Sequence record: NC_025447.1
Origin: Escherichia phage 121Q
Direction: 5' to 3' (one strand)
Length of the DNA: 64,000 bases
The translations under genes were made by a program, and so were the position numbers. Shown one piece after another: positions 8,902 through 16,538 of this stretch (within the stretch, counting starts at the first letter, position 1; every line of letters starts with the position of its first letter). The notes below the pieces were generated by a model. The model had not been told where the DNA came from. It ran no database searches and worked only from the letters and a program-made list of their open reading frames with translations.

Positions 8902-9076
8902 CGGTGCAAATGTATAGCTTAGGTGTATTAATGCGTTAGAATGCGATTGAGGACGTTTTACGGGGTATAGTACTGATTCAGTACTGAATAGTAGTACTGA
9001 AAGATTGTTCTCCCTGGATTGTTCCAGTACTCCTATATAGAAAGAAAACTATTTTAAAAGTATTTGTAGAAAGTAC

Positions 9077-9104
9077 TTGCAAAGTATTGGGAAAGGTGTA
9101 GAAT
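9077..9104 (+). promoter_or_regulatory. early-type sigma70 promoter with leader hairpin
   Basis: aAAGTACTTGCAA, 16-nt spacer, TAGAAT; hairpin ACGGGGG..CTCCCGT at ~9118-9137. Confidence 0.55.
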
Positions 9105-9160
9105 GTTTTACATCGAGACGGGGGAAACGCTCCCGTTGCACTTTAAAAGAGATTAAAACG

Positions 9161-9523
9161 ATGGCGACTCAAATCAATACTATCATGCTTAACCTGGTTT
9201 CTTTCCGTGAAGAGATGAAAGATCTTCCCGCTGAGACTGTACGGATTCACATTGCAGCTTATCGGGAATTGATTGCAATGCTGCCGCTTAAGCGTGAACA
9301 GTATGCCGCTACTGCTATGCTCGATGCAATGATCCATAAGATGATCCAGACTGATTTAACGATGGCTTATCAGTACATGGGCGAAATGTTTGCAGTGTAT
9401 AGCAAGCCAGTACCAGGAATGGAAAGTACAGAAGTATTGCACGGCTTAAACTTAAAACAAGATGCATGGGATAATATGCCTCGTTTCCTGGTATGGGCTG
9501 ACAGTGGCAAGATTTACGAATAA
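9161..9523 (+). CDS. hypothetical protein (120 aa)
   Basis: Start trimmed from 9077 to ATG 9161 (MATQINTIM), downstream of promoter and hairpin. Confidence 0.6.
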   Translation: MATQINTIMLNLVSFREEMKDLPAETVRIHIAAYRELIAMLPLKREQYAATAMLDAMIHKMIQTDLTMAYQYMGEMFAVYSKPVPGMESTEVLHGLNLKQDAWDNMPRFLVWADSGKIYE

Positions 9524-9537
9524 GTTTAATAAAGTAC

Positions 9538-9565
9538 TTGCAAACTAAGTTTAAAAGCGTATAAT
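9538..9565 (+). promoter_or_regulatory. early-type promoter with leader hairpin
   Basis: TTGCAA, 16-nt spacer, TATAAT; hairpin GTGGGGAA..TTCCCCAC 9578-9596. Confidence 0.6.
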
Positions 9566-9617
9566 GTTTTATATCAGGTGGGGAATAGTTCCCCACTATA
9601 ATAAAGAGGATTTAAAA

Positions 9618-9857
9618 ATGGCTAAATCAAAAATGTTCTTAGGACACAAAAACAAAACTCATTGGAATGTTTCCTTATGGATTAATAATGACGAATCATT
9701 ATACCGGTTGGCCCAGGACTTTATTGCCGCTAACACTAATCGTAATGATGCGGCCCGTCATATGATGCTATTTTTAGAACAGACTGGACAAGATAAAACT
9801 CCAGACGGCTTTAAGTATAGCACTACTGCGATCCGTGCGGCGATGGTTGGAATGTAA
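9618..9857 (+). CDS. hypothetical protein (79 aa)
   Basis: ATG 9618 after SD AAAGAGGA; MAKSKMF... Confidence 0.65.
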   Translation: MAKSKMFLGHKNKTHWNVSLWINNDESLYRLAQDFIAANTNRNDAARHMMLFLEQTGQDKTPDGFKYSTTAIRAAMVGM

Positions 9858-9875
9858 GAGAATAGATTAAAAGTA

Positions 9876-9903
9876 CTATTGCACGGTGATAGTACTTTAT
9901 AAT
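9876..9903 (+). promoter_or_regulatory. promoter-like element (deletion variant of the 21921 promoter)
   Basis: aaagtactattgcacggtgatagtactttataat; -35 degenerate. Confidence 0.35.
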
Positions 9904-9940
9904 AAAGTTCTTTTTGTACAACAACGATAGGGGTAACAGC

Positions 9941-10207
9941 ATGACTATTACATATTTTGCAACGCGTGAACTTGCTCGGATTGCCGCACGCCAGGACGGG
10001 GCGACGTTTAAAGATATGGGCGTACAATCTGAACGTGGTAAACGTTGGGCCGTAGTAAAGCAAAGTACAGCCCGATCAATTCAGTACTGGCGAGCGGCTT
10101 TAAAGCGTCCTGATAGTGTATCGCGTCGCGTGGTAGAAATAAAGCACGACCGCAAGGGCAATCGCGTTACCGTGTACCGTACTAAAAAGATTGCAGTACT
10201 TGAATAA
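9941..10207 (+). CDS. hypothetical protein; paralog of 21998-22393
   Basis: MTITYFATRELARIAAR...HDRKGNRVTVY shared with 21998 protein (MITKFFATREQARIVAR...HDRKGNRVTVY); start trimmed to ATG 9941. Confidence 0.65.
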   Translation: MTITYFATRELARIAARQDGATFKDMGVQSERGKRWAVVKQSTARSIQYWRAALKRPDSVSRRVVEIKHDRKGNRVTVYRTKKIAVLE

Positions 10208-10214
10208 AAAGTAC

Positions 10215-10242
10215 TTGCAAACTATGTTTAATGGCGTATAAT
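10215..10242 (+). promoter_or_regulatory. early-type promoter with leader hairpin
   Basis: TTGCAA, 16-nt spacer, TATAAT; hairpin GCGGGAA-CAC-TTCCCGC 10257-10273. Confidence 0.6.
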
Positions 10243-10294
10243 GTTTTACATCGAGAGCGGGAACACTTCCCGCCTATAACCTGGAGTAATAAAA

Positions 10295-10525
10295 ATGACT
10301 AATATGTATATGACTGAAGTTAAAACCGTAAAAGATACTACCACGAATAAAACTACTTACTTACAGCGGATCTGCGGTGTATGGCAACGTATCAGCAAAT
10401 CAAAGTACTTTAAATTAACATCATATGCCAATCGTTCGGATTCATTCAGTACTGAAATAAAAGGTAATAAAGTACACCAATACGGCACTTATTATTATTA
10501 TAGCCTGGACGCGATTGCAGTATAA
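10295..10525 (+). CDS. hypothetical protein (76 aa)
   Basis: SD CTGGAGT; ATG 10295. Confidence 0.65.
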   Translation: MTNMYMTEVKTVKDTTTNKTTYLQRICGVWQRISKSKYFKLTSYANRSDSFSTEIKGNKVHQYGTYYYYSLDAIAV

Positions 10526-10555
10526 GTAGTTTACAAATCTTTACAATTGCCAGTA

Positions 10556-10584
10556 TTGACTTATTTTGTCAGTACTGGCATAAT
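10556..10584 (+). promoter_or_regulatory. promoter (rightward) of convergent pair flanking box element
   Basis: TTGACT, 17-nt spacer containing CAGTACTGG, CATAAT. Confidence 0.5.
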
Positions 10585-10607
10585 GTATCTATTGAAACGA
10601 ACAATTT

Positions 10608-10683
10608 GGCCCACGGGGTGCGGGAGTGTATCTATAGAAAAAGTAGTTTATTACAGTTACAATTGTGCACCCGGTGGGTTAGC
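10608..10683. repeat. Inverted pair of the 'CCCACNGGGTGC' box (candidate small structured RNA)
   Basis: ggcccacggggtgcgggagtgtatctatag ... tgtgcacccggtgggttagc: ~12-bp imperfect arms around a ~45-nt loop. Confidence 0.45.
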
Positions 10684-10699
10684 TGTTGTCATGGGGTAT

Positions 10700-10728
10700 A
10701 TTATGCCAGTACTTGATAATGCTGTCAA
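10700..10728 (-). promoter_or_regulatory. promoter (leftward) of convergent pair
   Basis: Minus strand reads TTGACA, 17-nt spacer, CATAAT (plus strand attatg...tgtcaa). Confidence 0.5.
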
Positions 10729-10775
10729 TACTTTTTTTTTACTATTCAGTACTGAAAACTATTTTTAAAAAGTAC

Positions 10776-10803
10776 TTGCAAACTATGTTTAAAGGCGTAT
10801 AAT
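10776..10803 (+). promoter_or_regulatory. early-type promoter (first of tandem pair)
   Basis: TTGCAA, 16-nt spacer, TATAAT; followed by conserved ~85-nt leader also present at 20777-20862. Confidence 0.55.
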
Positions 10804-10893
10804 GTTTTACATCAGGACGGGGAATGAAATAAGTAACTCCCTGTTAAGTAGTCCAGGAGTAAGACATACGAAAACCTCCCCTGATAAAATAGT

Positions 10894-10921
10894 TTGACAA
10901 AGATTTATAAAAGCGTATAAT
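10894..10921 (+). promoter_or_regulatory. early-type promoter (second of tandem pair)
   Basis: TTGACA, 16-nt spacer, TATAAT. Confidence 0.55.
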
Positions 10922-10953
10922 ACTTACATCAACTACTGAATGAGGGTTACAAA

Positions 10954-11565
10954 ATGAAAACTATCACTACTACTACTTTCGTTATGGCTTTTTCTGAACT
11001 GAACGCAGAACAACAAACGGCGGCTATCGAACTGGTTCGGGATCGGGAACGTGCAAGTGAGGATAATTTCTTTGCTGAGTCAGTACTGGAATACTATAAA
11101 GAAACAGTACTACCAGAATACGGCATAGATGAAGCTGAATTGCAATACAGTGGTTTTTGGTCGCAAGGTGACGGTGCATCAATCAGTACTGACCACGTTG
11201 ACGCTGAGAAGTTTTTACGCAAGGTTAAGGCGTTAACGAAATATCGTTCCATCCGTCACCTGTTGAACGAAGATGATTTGGAAATGAGTGTAGAACGTTC
11301 CCAATCGCGTTATGCACACGAAAACACGGTAGGCGGTTGCGTTGATACTCGCTACACTGATTTAACTGTAAAACAGGCGGCGTTAGCTGAGGAACTGGAA
11401 AATTTACTGACTGACACGATCCGAGAATTATCTTGTAAGCTGTACCGTGATTTAGAAAATGCTTATGAAGACCAGTTTACTACTGAAAACATTGTAGGAC
11501 TGATTGAGGGTAACGAATATCAATTTAATGTTATCGATGGTGTAGTAGAATCTATCGCATATTAA
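10954..11565 (+). CDS. hypothetical acidic protein (203 aa)
   Basis: SD GAGGGT; long ORF with even codon structure; acidic composition. Confidence 0.7.
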   Translation: MKTITTTTFVMAFSELNAEQQTAAIELVRDRERASEDNFFAESVLEYYKETVLPEYGIDEAELQYSGFWSQGDGASISTDHVDAEKFLRKVKALTKYRSIRHLLNEDDLEMSVERSQSRYAHENTVGGCVDTRYTDLTVKQAALAEELENLLTDTIRELSCKLYRDLENAYEDQFTTENIVGLIEGNEYQFNVIDGVVESIAY

Positions 11566-11623
11566 TTCAGTACTGAATCACTGGCGGGGAATGGTTCCCG
11601 CCTATATCCCAGGAGTAAGAGAA

Positions 11624-11860
11624 ATGATCGAACAAATCAAAACTACAACGCCAAACGTAACGGGTACAGTATCACACTTCATTGGTGACGATTCGCGGGG
11701 CGTTCCTTATTGTGCAGTACATGTAAACAAAAATGGCGACTACTGGCTAACGGTTTACGGTTCTTATTCTTTCGGGCGTAGTGCACACCAAAAGATCCTG
11801 GATAAAGTACAACCAACGGGTAAAAATATCACCGCTGAGATGTTTTATAAAAAGCACTAA
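11624..11860 (+). CDS. hypothetical protein (78 aa)
   Basis: Start trimmed to ATG 11624 after SD CCAGGAGTAAGAG; preceded by hairpin GGCGGGGAATGGTTCCCGCC. Confidence 0.6.
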   Translation: MIEQIKTTTPNVTGTVSHFIGDDSRGVPYCAVHVNKNGDYWLTVYGSYSFGRSAHQKILDKVQPTGKNITAEMFYKKH

Positions 11861-11867
11861 AAAGTAC

Positions 11868-11895
11868 TTGCAAAGTAATTAGATTAACGTATAAT
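11868..11895 (+). promoter_or_regulatory. early-type promoter with leader hairpin
   Basis: TTGCAA, 16-nt spacer, TATAAT; hairpin 11910-11926. Confidence 0.6.
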
Positions 11896-11945
11896 ACTTT
11901 ATATCGAGAGCGGGAATAGTTCCCGCCTTTACTGAGGATTATCTA

Positions 11946-12230
11946 ATGGGTAAAGTAATTAACTATACAGTACTAAGCAAGTCATTATCTATTAGCCAGT
12001 GCACCGATGGTTTTTGGCTGTACGATGAAACGCGTGGCATGAATTTAGCTATGCAGGAGAAAACTACTGATGCGGCATATCTTAAAGCACTGGAATACTA
12101 CCAGAAGCGTTTAAAGGAAGTAGAAAACGATTATAATAACCTGAAAGCGAAAGTAGATCATTTCGTCGGTCAATTCATTGACGATGACGAGGACGGGCAC
12201 TACTGCGACCGTTGCGGATCTTACAATTGA
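11946..12230 (+). CDS. hypothetical protein (94 aa)
   Basis: SD CTGAGGAT; ATG 11946. Confidence 0.65.
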   Translation: MGKVINYTVLSKSLSISQCTDGFWLYDETRGMNLAMQEKTTDAAYLKALEYYQKRLKEVENDYNNLKAKVDHFVGQFIDDDEDGHYCDRCGSYN

Positions 12231-12247
12231 GTACTGAGGATTATCTA

Positions 12248-12451
12248 ATGAGTGATTTAATTAAACGTATCAAAGAGCTTGAAGAAAAAGAATTGCAGTT
12301 GATCGGGTTACGGAATAAAGTATTCCATGATTTAGGTGGCTTCATTAATGCCTGGGATAGTGGCGATCCTGATGCGTTACCTGCTAACCGCCAGGCGATG
12401 ATCAATGATGTGCGTGGTGTCTTTGATTATGTTTTAAAGCAATTAAATTAA
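12248..12451 (+). CDS. hypothetical protein (67 aa)
   Basis: Start trimmed to ATG 12248; duplicated SD context actgaggattatctaatg as at 11946. Confidence 0.6.
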   Translation: MSDLIKRIKELEEKELQLIGLRNKVFHDLGGFINAWDSGDPDALPANRQAMINDVRGVFDYVLKQLN

Positions 12452-12459
12452 AAAAGTAC

Positions 12460-12487
12460 TTGCAATTAGTTTTCAGTACTGTATAAT
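12460..12487 (+). promoter_or_regulatory. early-type promoter with leader hairpin
   Basis: TTGCAA, 16-nt spacer (ttagttttcagtactg), TATAAT; hairpin ~12500-12518. Confidence 0.6.
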
Positions 12488-12537
12488 AGTTTACATCAAG
12501 GGGGAAATGGTTCTCCCCACTAATAAGGAGTTTTACA

Positions 12538-12759
12538 ATGGCTAATATCACTACTCTTTCCCAGCTTGAAGCACTGGTTAAATCTATGCGGGAACATGCC
12601 GACAATATCGGCGTAGAAGATCCGGCTGTATGTTTTTGCGACGAAATAAATGATGATACGCTCGTCATTGCAGAAGTACAAGACGTTTCTAACTATTCAT
12701 CGCGTTACACTGGCGGCGTAGCAAAGAAAGGTGATTTTTGTTTATATCTTACTAAGTAA
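12538..12759 (+). CDS. hypothetical protein (73 aa)
   Basis: SD TAAGGAG; MANITTL... Confidence 0.65.
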   Translation: MANITTLSQLEALVKSMREHADNIGVEDPAVCFCDEINDDTLVIAEVQDVSNYSSRYTGGVAKKGDFCLYLTK

Positions 12760-12766
12760 TAACCAG

Positions 12767-12792
12767 GGGGATCAAACGATCCCCTTTATTTT
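12767..12792 (+). terminator. Rho-independent terminator
   Basis: GGGGATC-AAAC-GATCCCC followed by TTTATTTT. Confidence 0.6.
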
Positions 12793-12818
12793 GCAGTACT
12801 GAATCATTTAATAGACGG

Positions 12819-12850
12819 ATCTATGCACCCTGTGGGTTAGTGACTATCTC
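12819..12850 (-). repeat. 'CCCACAGGGTGCA' box element, minus orientation, downstream of minus-strand promoter
   Basis: Plus strand atctatgcaccctgtgggttagtgactatctc is the reverse complement of the box seen at 16977. Confidence 0.5.
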
Positions 12851-12864
12851 GTCTTTATGTAGGT

Positions 12865-12893
12865 ATTATGCCAGTACTGGATGCAGTTGTCAA
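12865..12893 (-). promoter_or_regulatory. minus-strand promoter driving the box element
   Basis: Minus strand TTGACA, 17-nt spacer, CATAAT; transcript would end at the 12767-12792 hairpin. Confidence 0.5.
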
Positions 12894-12927
12894 GACTTTT
12901 TTTTCAAATACTTTTATATTAAAGTAC

Positions 12928-12955
12928 TTGATAATAGTTTTTAAACGCGTATAAT
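12928..12955 (+). promoter_or_regulatory. early-type promoter
   Basis: TTGATA, 16-nt spacer, TATAAT. Confidence 0.5.
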
Positions 12956-13005
12956 GTTTTACATCTAATCGGGAATACTCCCTAGTACTAACAAAGGATA
13001 TACAA

Positions 13006-13305
13006 ATGAAAACTGCAATCATCGCCCTGGCTTTATCTGTTTCCTCTTTCGCTGTTAACGCTTCCGTTGATGTACAGAAAGAAAAATTCATTCAGTGCAC
13101 TGTTGCAATGACTAACGAGGAAACGGCTGAGATCGTTACCAAATCCCTGGAACTGGCCCCTGCAATGTTTGCTAATGGCCCGTACCATGAAGAAGATGAT
13201 CAGGGTAGCACGACCATCTATTACGATGCAAAAAGTAAACGCGGTTCTGTCACTGTAATGGATACAGAGAAAGTTACATTCACTGGCGTAATTAATTGTT
13301 TATAA
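13006..13305 (+). CDS. small secreted/periplasmic protein (99 aa)
   Basis: N-terminus MKTAIIALALSVSSFAVNA-S resembles a Sec signal peptide; SD AAAGGA. Confidence 0.6.
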   Translation: MKTAIIALALSVSSFAVNASVDVQKEKFIQCTVAMTNEETAEIVTKSLELAPAMFANGPYHEEDDQGSTTIYYDAKSKRGSVTVMDTEKVTFTGVINCL

Positions 13306-13323
13306 TATAGTACTGAATCACTA

Positions 13324-13352
13324 GCCCACTATAAGGAGTGGGCTTTTTTTAT
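13324..13352 (+). terminator. Rho-independent terminator
   Basis: AGCCCACT..AGTGGGCT followed by TTTTTTT. Confidence 0.7.
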
Positions 13353-13401
13353 TGTAGGATTGTAGTACTGGTATACTTTGAAAATAGTTTTAAAAAAGTA
13401 G

Positions 13402-13429
13402 TTGACATTACCAGGGAAAAGCGTAGAAT
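13402..13429 (+). promoter_or_regulatory. early-type promoter
   Basis: TTGACA, 16-nt spacer, TAGAAT. Confidence 0.55.
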
Positions 13430-13543
13430 GTATTACATCAAGACGGGGAACATTAAGTAGACCGCCAGTAAGTCGAATGAAAAACTGGACACGTCAAACA
13501 AACTTTGATAAACTAACTTAAACTTTAATTGAGGATTTATAAA

Positions 13544-14026
13544 ATGGCTAATGTAAAATCATTTCTGAAAGCACTGATTTCTAACGATACTGTCATTGCT
13601 GCTGAATTGCTGGCTGACCTGGATAATGATACCATGAAAGCAGTACGCAACAATTTTAACATTGCTTACAGTGAAGCGAAAGAACTACAAGCCAAAAAGG
13701 TAGCAGAACTGGAAGAACAGAAAAAAGCCCGTGAAGCAGAACTGCAAGCAACAATAGAAAGTATTCAGGCGGCGGTGTCTGGTTTAGATCTGGAAGTGGT
13801 TATTGAAATGGCACATAAAGCCCTGGCGGTTAAGTACGGTGAAGATAAGCCGGAATCTAAGCCTAAAAAATGGATTCAAGAACGTGTTACGGTTGTCCTT
13901 GATAACGGGGAAGAACATTTGATTCCTGTACGCGGTAACTGCATTGCGGTAGTACTGGATGCTATCAAAGAAAGCGGTATGACTCGCGAGGAATGGATCG
14001 AATCTCACCGCAAAATTGAAGCATAA
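13544..14026 (+). CDS. hypothetical protein (160 aa), coiled-coil-rich
   Basis: Start trimmed to ATG 13544 (MANVKSF) after SD GAGGAT. Confidence 0.65.
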   Translation: MANVKSFLKALISNDTVIAAELLADLDNDTMKAVRNNFNIAYSEAKELQAKKVAELEEQKKAREAELQATIESIQAAVSGLDLEVVIEMAHKALAVKYGEDKPESKPKKWIQERVTVVLDNGEEHLIPVRGNCIAVVLDAIKESGMTREEWIESHRKIEA

Positions 14027-14047
14027 CATTTAAAGTACTGAATCACT

Positions 14048-14074
14048 AGCCCACTTATACAGTGGGCTTTTTTG
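14048..14074 (+). terminator. Rho-independent terminator
   Basis: AGCCCACT-TATAC-AGTGGGCT followed by TTTTTTG. Confidence 0.7.
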
Positions 14075-14154
14075 TGTCTATAGTATTCCATGCCGTCAGC
14101 ACCTCATAGAATCGATTCTAACGCATTAAACTGATTATCTGATGCATCGCCCTA

Positions 14155-14162
14155 GCTGGTGG
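14155..14162 (+). other. Chi octamer GCTGGTGG
   Basis: Exact match, intergenic, next to repeated cgttagaatgcgattgag element. Confidence 0.6.
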
Positions 14163-14227
14163 AGTTAAGGCCGTTAGAATGCGATTGAGAGCGTTTAAAG
14201 TATTTTGCAAAAAGTAATAAAAAGTAC

Positions 14228-14255
14228 TTGCACGATTCAGAGATTAGCGTATAAT
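14228..14255 (+). promoter_or_regulatory. early-type promoter
   Basis: TTGCAC, 16-nt spacer, TATAAT. Confidence 0.55.
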
Positions 14256-14300
14256 GTTTTACATCAAGGCGAAACACCTTAACTAACTGAGGATATAAAG

Positions 14301-14453
14301 ATGAATACTTATGAACTGGATTGTTTCACGTTACAAGTAATGTCAGTATGCAGCAAGAAAGATTGGTCATCAAAGGAATTTAAAGCAGTTATTGCGTGTG
14401 CAAAACACGGCAAGACTATCAATGAAACGGCATCAATCATTGATAAACTTTAA
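14301..14453 (+). CDS. hypothetical small protein (50 aa; below ORF-track cutoff)
   Basis: SD CTGAGGAT then ATG 14301; MNTYELDCFTLQVMSV... Confidence 0.5.
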   Translation: MNTYELDCFTLQVMSVCSKKDWSSKEFKAVIACAKHGKTINETASIIDKL

Positions 14454-14461
14454 AAAATAGT

Positions 14462-14489
14462 TTGACAATAGTTTTAAGTACTGTATAAT
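14462..14489 (+). promoter_or_regulatory. early-type promoter
   Basis: TTGACA, 16-nt spacer (atagttttaagtactg), TATAAT. Confidence 0.6.
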
Positions 14490-14522
14490 ATTTTACATCA
14501 ACTACTGAGAAGGATTTAAAAA

Positions 14523-14750
14523 ATGGCTATCATCATCACTTACGTATCTGGCACTACTGGCACTTCTAGCACTGTTGCAGTACTGACCAACAAGAAAGGT
14601 GCGGAACTTCATTCTGCAATGAATACCTGGGCGGTGAATGAGTTCGGTCAGTGGGCTAGTGTAGAATACATTGAAACCTATCAAGTGCCGTCTATTAGCT
14701 TAACTGATTTAGGTGTAGATCGTATCCTTTGCCTGGATGAATTAAACTAA
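14523..14750 (+). CDS. hypothetical protein (75 aa)
   Basis: SD GAGAAGGA; MAIIITYVSG... Confidence 0.65.
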   Translation: MAIIITYVSGTTGTSSTVAVLTNKKGAELHSAMNTWAVNEFGQWASVEYIETYQVPSISLTDLGVDRILCLDELN

Positions 14751-14766
14751 AAAGTACTTGCAAAGT

Positions 14767-14794
14767 AAATCGGATAAAGTATAATACATTACAT
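14767..14794 (+). promoter_or_regulatory. early-type promoter with leader hairpin
   Basis: TTGCAA, 16-nt spacer, TATAAT; hairpin GGGGAGAA-ATGA-TTCTCCCC 14807-14826. Confidence 0.6.
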
Positions 14795-14835
14795 CAAGGG
14801 GAGAAATGATTCTCCCCACTAAGAGGAAACTAAAA

Positions 14836-14979
14836 ATGAAAACTTGTCAATGTGGTAAAAAATCTATCACTGGTTTGAAACGGGGCGTTGCTCTTTGTCA
14901 GTATCACTATAACGCTCAAGTATGGGGTAAAGAGTGGGCAGACCAGGTGGAAGCTGTAAAGAAAGCAAAAAGTAAGTAA
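14836..14979 (+). CDS. small Cys-containing protein (47 aa; possible zinc ribbon)
   Basis: SD AAGAGGAAA then ATG 14836; MKTCQCGKKSITGLKRGVALCQYHY; the ORF-track minus-strand ORF 14830-15039 is judged antisense noise. Confidence 0.5.
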   Translation: MKTCQCGKKSITGLKRGVALCQYHYNAQVWGKEWADQVEAVKKAKSK

Positions 14980-14998
14980 AATTATTATCACAGTACTA

Positions 14999-15027
14999 TT
15001 GACATAGTTTGATAGTACTGGCATAAT
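14999..15027 (+). promoter_or_regulatory. early-type promoter (variant 2)
   Basis: TTGACA, 17-nt spacer (tagtttgatagtactgg), CATAAT. Confidence 0.55.
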
Positions 15028-15060
15028 AGATTTTATCAAGACAACTAAGAGGAAACAATA

Positions 15061-15273
15061 ATGGCTATCATTACTAAAATCAAAGTTAACAAATCACTGG
15101 TTAAACTTGAACAAGTGAAAGCAGGTTATAAAGTATCGTGGTGCGGTATGTATCGGATGTTCACCGATATAGACAATGCAATCAAGTACTACACTGACAC
15201 CGTTGCCTCATTCGTTCGTTCTGATGTAGTACTGGCAGTACATGCACATAAAGCAGCGAAAGAAAGTAAGTAA
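15061..15273 (+). CDS. hypothetical protein (70 aa)
   Basis: SD TAAGAGGAAA; MAIITKIKVN. Confidence 0.65.
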   Translation: MAIITKIKVNKSLVKLEQVKAGYKVSWCGMYRMFTDIDNAIKYYTDTVASFVRSDVVLAVHAHKAAKESK

Positions 15274-15292
15274 AAATATTATCACAGTACTA

Positions 15293-15321
15293 TTGATATA
15301 GTTTGATAGTACTGGCATAAT
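15293..15321 (+). promoter_or_regulatory. early-type promoter (variant 2)
   Basis: TTGATA, 17-nt spacer, CATAAT. Confidence 0.5.
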
Positions 15322-15364
15322 AGATTTTATCAAGACAACACATATTAATTTAAGGAATACTAAA

Positions 15365-15688
15365 ATGGCTAAAACTATCATCAACACCGTTTCCCTGGCT
15401 GCAATCCGTGCAATCAATGTTGACGGTAAACGTTGGACTGATTCATATGGCAATACTTATCATTCTTGTCATGTAAGCGTCGAACTGGATAACGGTTTGA
15501 ATGATCTGGCGGTTGAATCATTTACTTATGGCTATGAAGATGCATATCAACAAACGGCGTTATCTCTCTTAAAGGAATCAGTAGACGGGCTTAATACTGA
15601 TGAAACCTCCCTTACTCGTTTGTGCAATGATCTTAATATCCCGTTGCATTGTACTGTACAGAATGTTAAACGCAAAAAAGATCTTTAA
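15365..15688 (+). CDS. hypothetical protein; paralog of 21575-21898
   Basis: Shared core RWTDSYGNTYHSCHVS...FTYGY...VKRKKD with the 21575 protein. Confidence 0.7.
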   Translation: MAKTIINTVSLAAIRAINVDGKRWTDSYGNTYHSCHVSVELDNGLNDLAVESFTYGYEDAYQQTALSLLKESVDGLNTDETSLTRLCNDLNIPLHCTVQNVKRKKDL

Positions 15689-15768
15689 TTAGCTTTACTT
15701 TATGCAGATACTTTTATATAGTGTCTGCATAGGGGAAAGAAATTAAATTAACTTAAGAGGATCGTATA

Positions 15769-16038
15769 ATGAAAAATATCAGTACTTTAATCGATGCAGG
15801 TACACATGTTCGTCGGTCAATGGTTGCAACCAGTACTACAAAACAAGTAGCAAGCGGTTATCTTGTATTTGTACACGAAGGAAAGCTATTGGAACGTTCA
15901 ATCAATTTTGATGTTAAAAACAATTGCCGTTTTATTATTTTTAAGCGTGAACAATATAAAATTGATTTGCCAGCAAAGCCCATAAGCGGGGCGTACAACG
16001 TGCAATCATTGTTTGAGCGTCAACCATACACCTATTAA
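15769..16038 (+). CDS. hypothetical protein (89 aa)
   Basis: SD AAGAGGAT; ATG 15769. Confidence 0.6.
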   Translation: MKNISTLIDAGTHVRRSMVATSTTKQVASGYLVFVHEGKLLERSINFDVKNNCRFIIFKREQYKIDLPAKPISGAYNVQSLFERQPYTY

Positions 16039-16089
16039 TCAAAACATCGTTAGCGGTCGATTTAGGCCGCTTATATTGGGGATTATACC

Positions 16090-16260
16090 ATGAACGTTAA
16101 TCAAGTACTGAATGAAGTTGAAAGCATCATTAAACCAATGAAACGTATTGATGCTGTTCCTACACCGGAAGAATGCCGCCTTTATGAGCGTTACAGTGTG
16201 GAACAAGCCCAGGAAATGGCCCGTATCCGTCCGGTTGCCAGTACTGATAAGGCGGCGTAA
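16090..16260 (+). CDS. hypothetical small protein (56 aa)
   Basis: ATG 16090 after GGGGATTA; stop abuts next start. Confidence 0.45.
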   Translation: MNVNQVLNEVESIIKPMKRIDAVPTPEECRLYERYSVEQAQEMARIRPVASTDKAA

Positions 16261-16261
16261 T

Positions 16262-16471
16262 ATGCTTACTGTACAGGATAAGATCGACATCTTAAAGGTT
16301 AATATGTATGTGATTGATGCAGATCCTGAAAAAGTATTTGCATACGATGATTCTAATCGTAGTCCTTTTTATTGTAGTCATGTAGTTGGATACGTGCCGT
16401 TAGGGTATGTTATCGAAAGAGTGGTTGATGAAGCATACAAACATTTTTTAGAAAATAATACTTGCAATTAG
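16262..16471 (+). CDS. hypothetical protein (69 aa)
   Basis: Start trimmed from 16148 to ATG 16262 (MLTVQDKIDIL), directly after the stop of the upstream ORF. Confidence 0.5.
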   Translation: MLTVQDKIDILKVNMYVIDADPEKVFAYDDSNRSPFYCSHVVGYVPLGYVIERVVDEAYKHFLENNTCN

Positions 16472-16489
16472 TTTTCAGTACTGTATAAT
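16462..16489 (+). promoter_or_regulatory. early-type promoter with leader hairpin
   Basis: TTGCAA, 16-nt spacer, TATAAT; hairpin GGGGGGAATGGTTCTCCCC 16502-16520. Confidence 0.6.
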
Positions 16490-16538
16490 TGTTTACATAG
16501 AGGGGGGAATGGTTCTCCCCGATACTAGGAGAATCAAA

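Noticed and set aside
7200-9060. tRNA genes in the non-coding region
   Set aside because: No cloverleaf-compatible sequence with a T-loop GTTCGAATC-like motif found by eye; cannot be excluded without a tRNA scanner.
9143-9596. Minus-strand ORFs 9143-9337 and 9315-9596
   Set aside because: Antisense to gene 9161-9523 and the following promoter; no promoters or SD on that strand.
10547-10768. 73-aa plus-strand ORF
   Set aside because: Start codon lies inside the -35 of a promoter and the frame reads through the inverted box repeat; no SD. Interpreted as regulatory/RNA locus.
12855-13091. 78-aa minus-strand ORF
   Set aside because: Overlaps the minus-strand promoter and the start of the plus-strand gene 13006-13305.
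14830-15039. 69-aa minus-strand ORF
   Set aside because: Antisense to a promoter-served 47-aa plus-strand gene (14836-14979) and to the next promoter; no SD.
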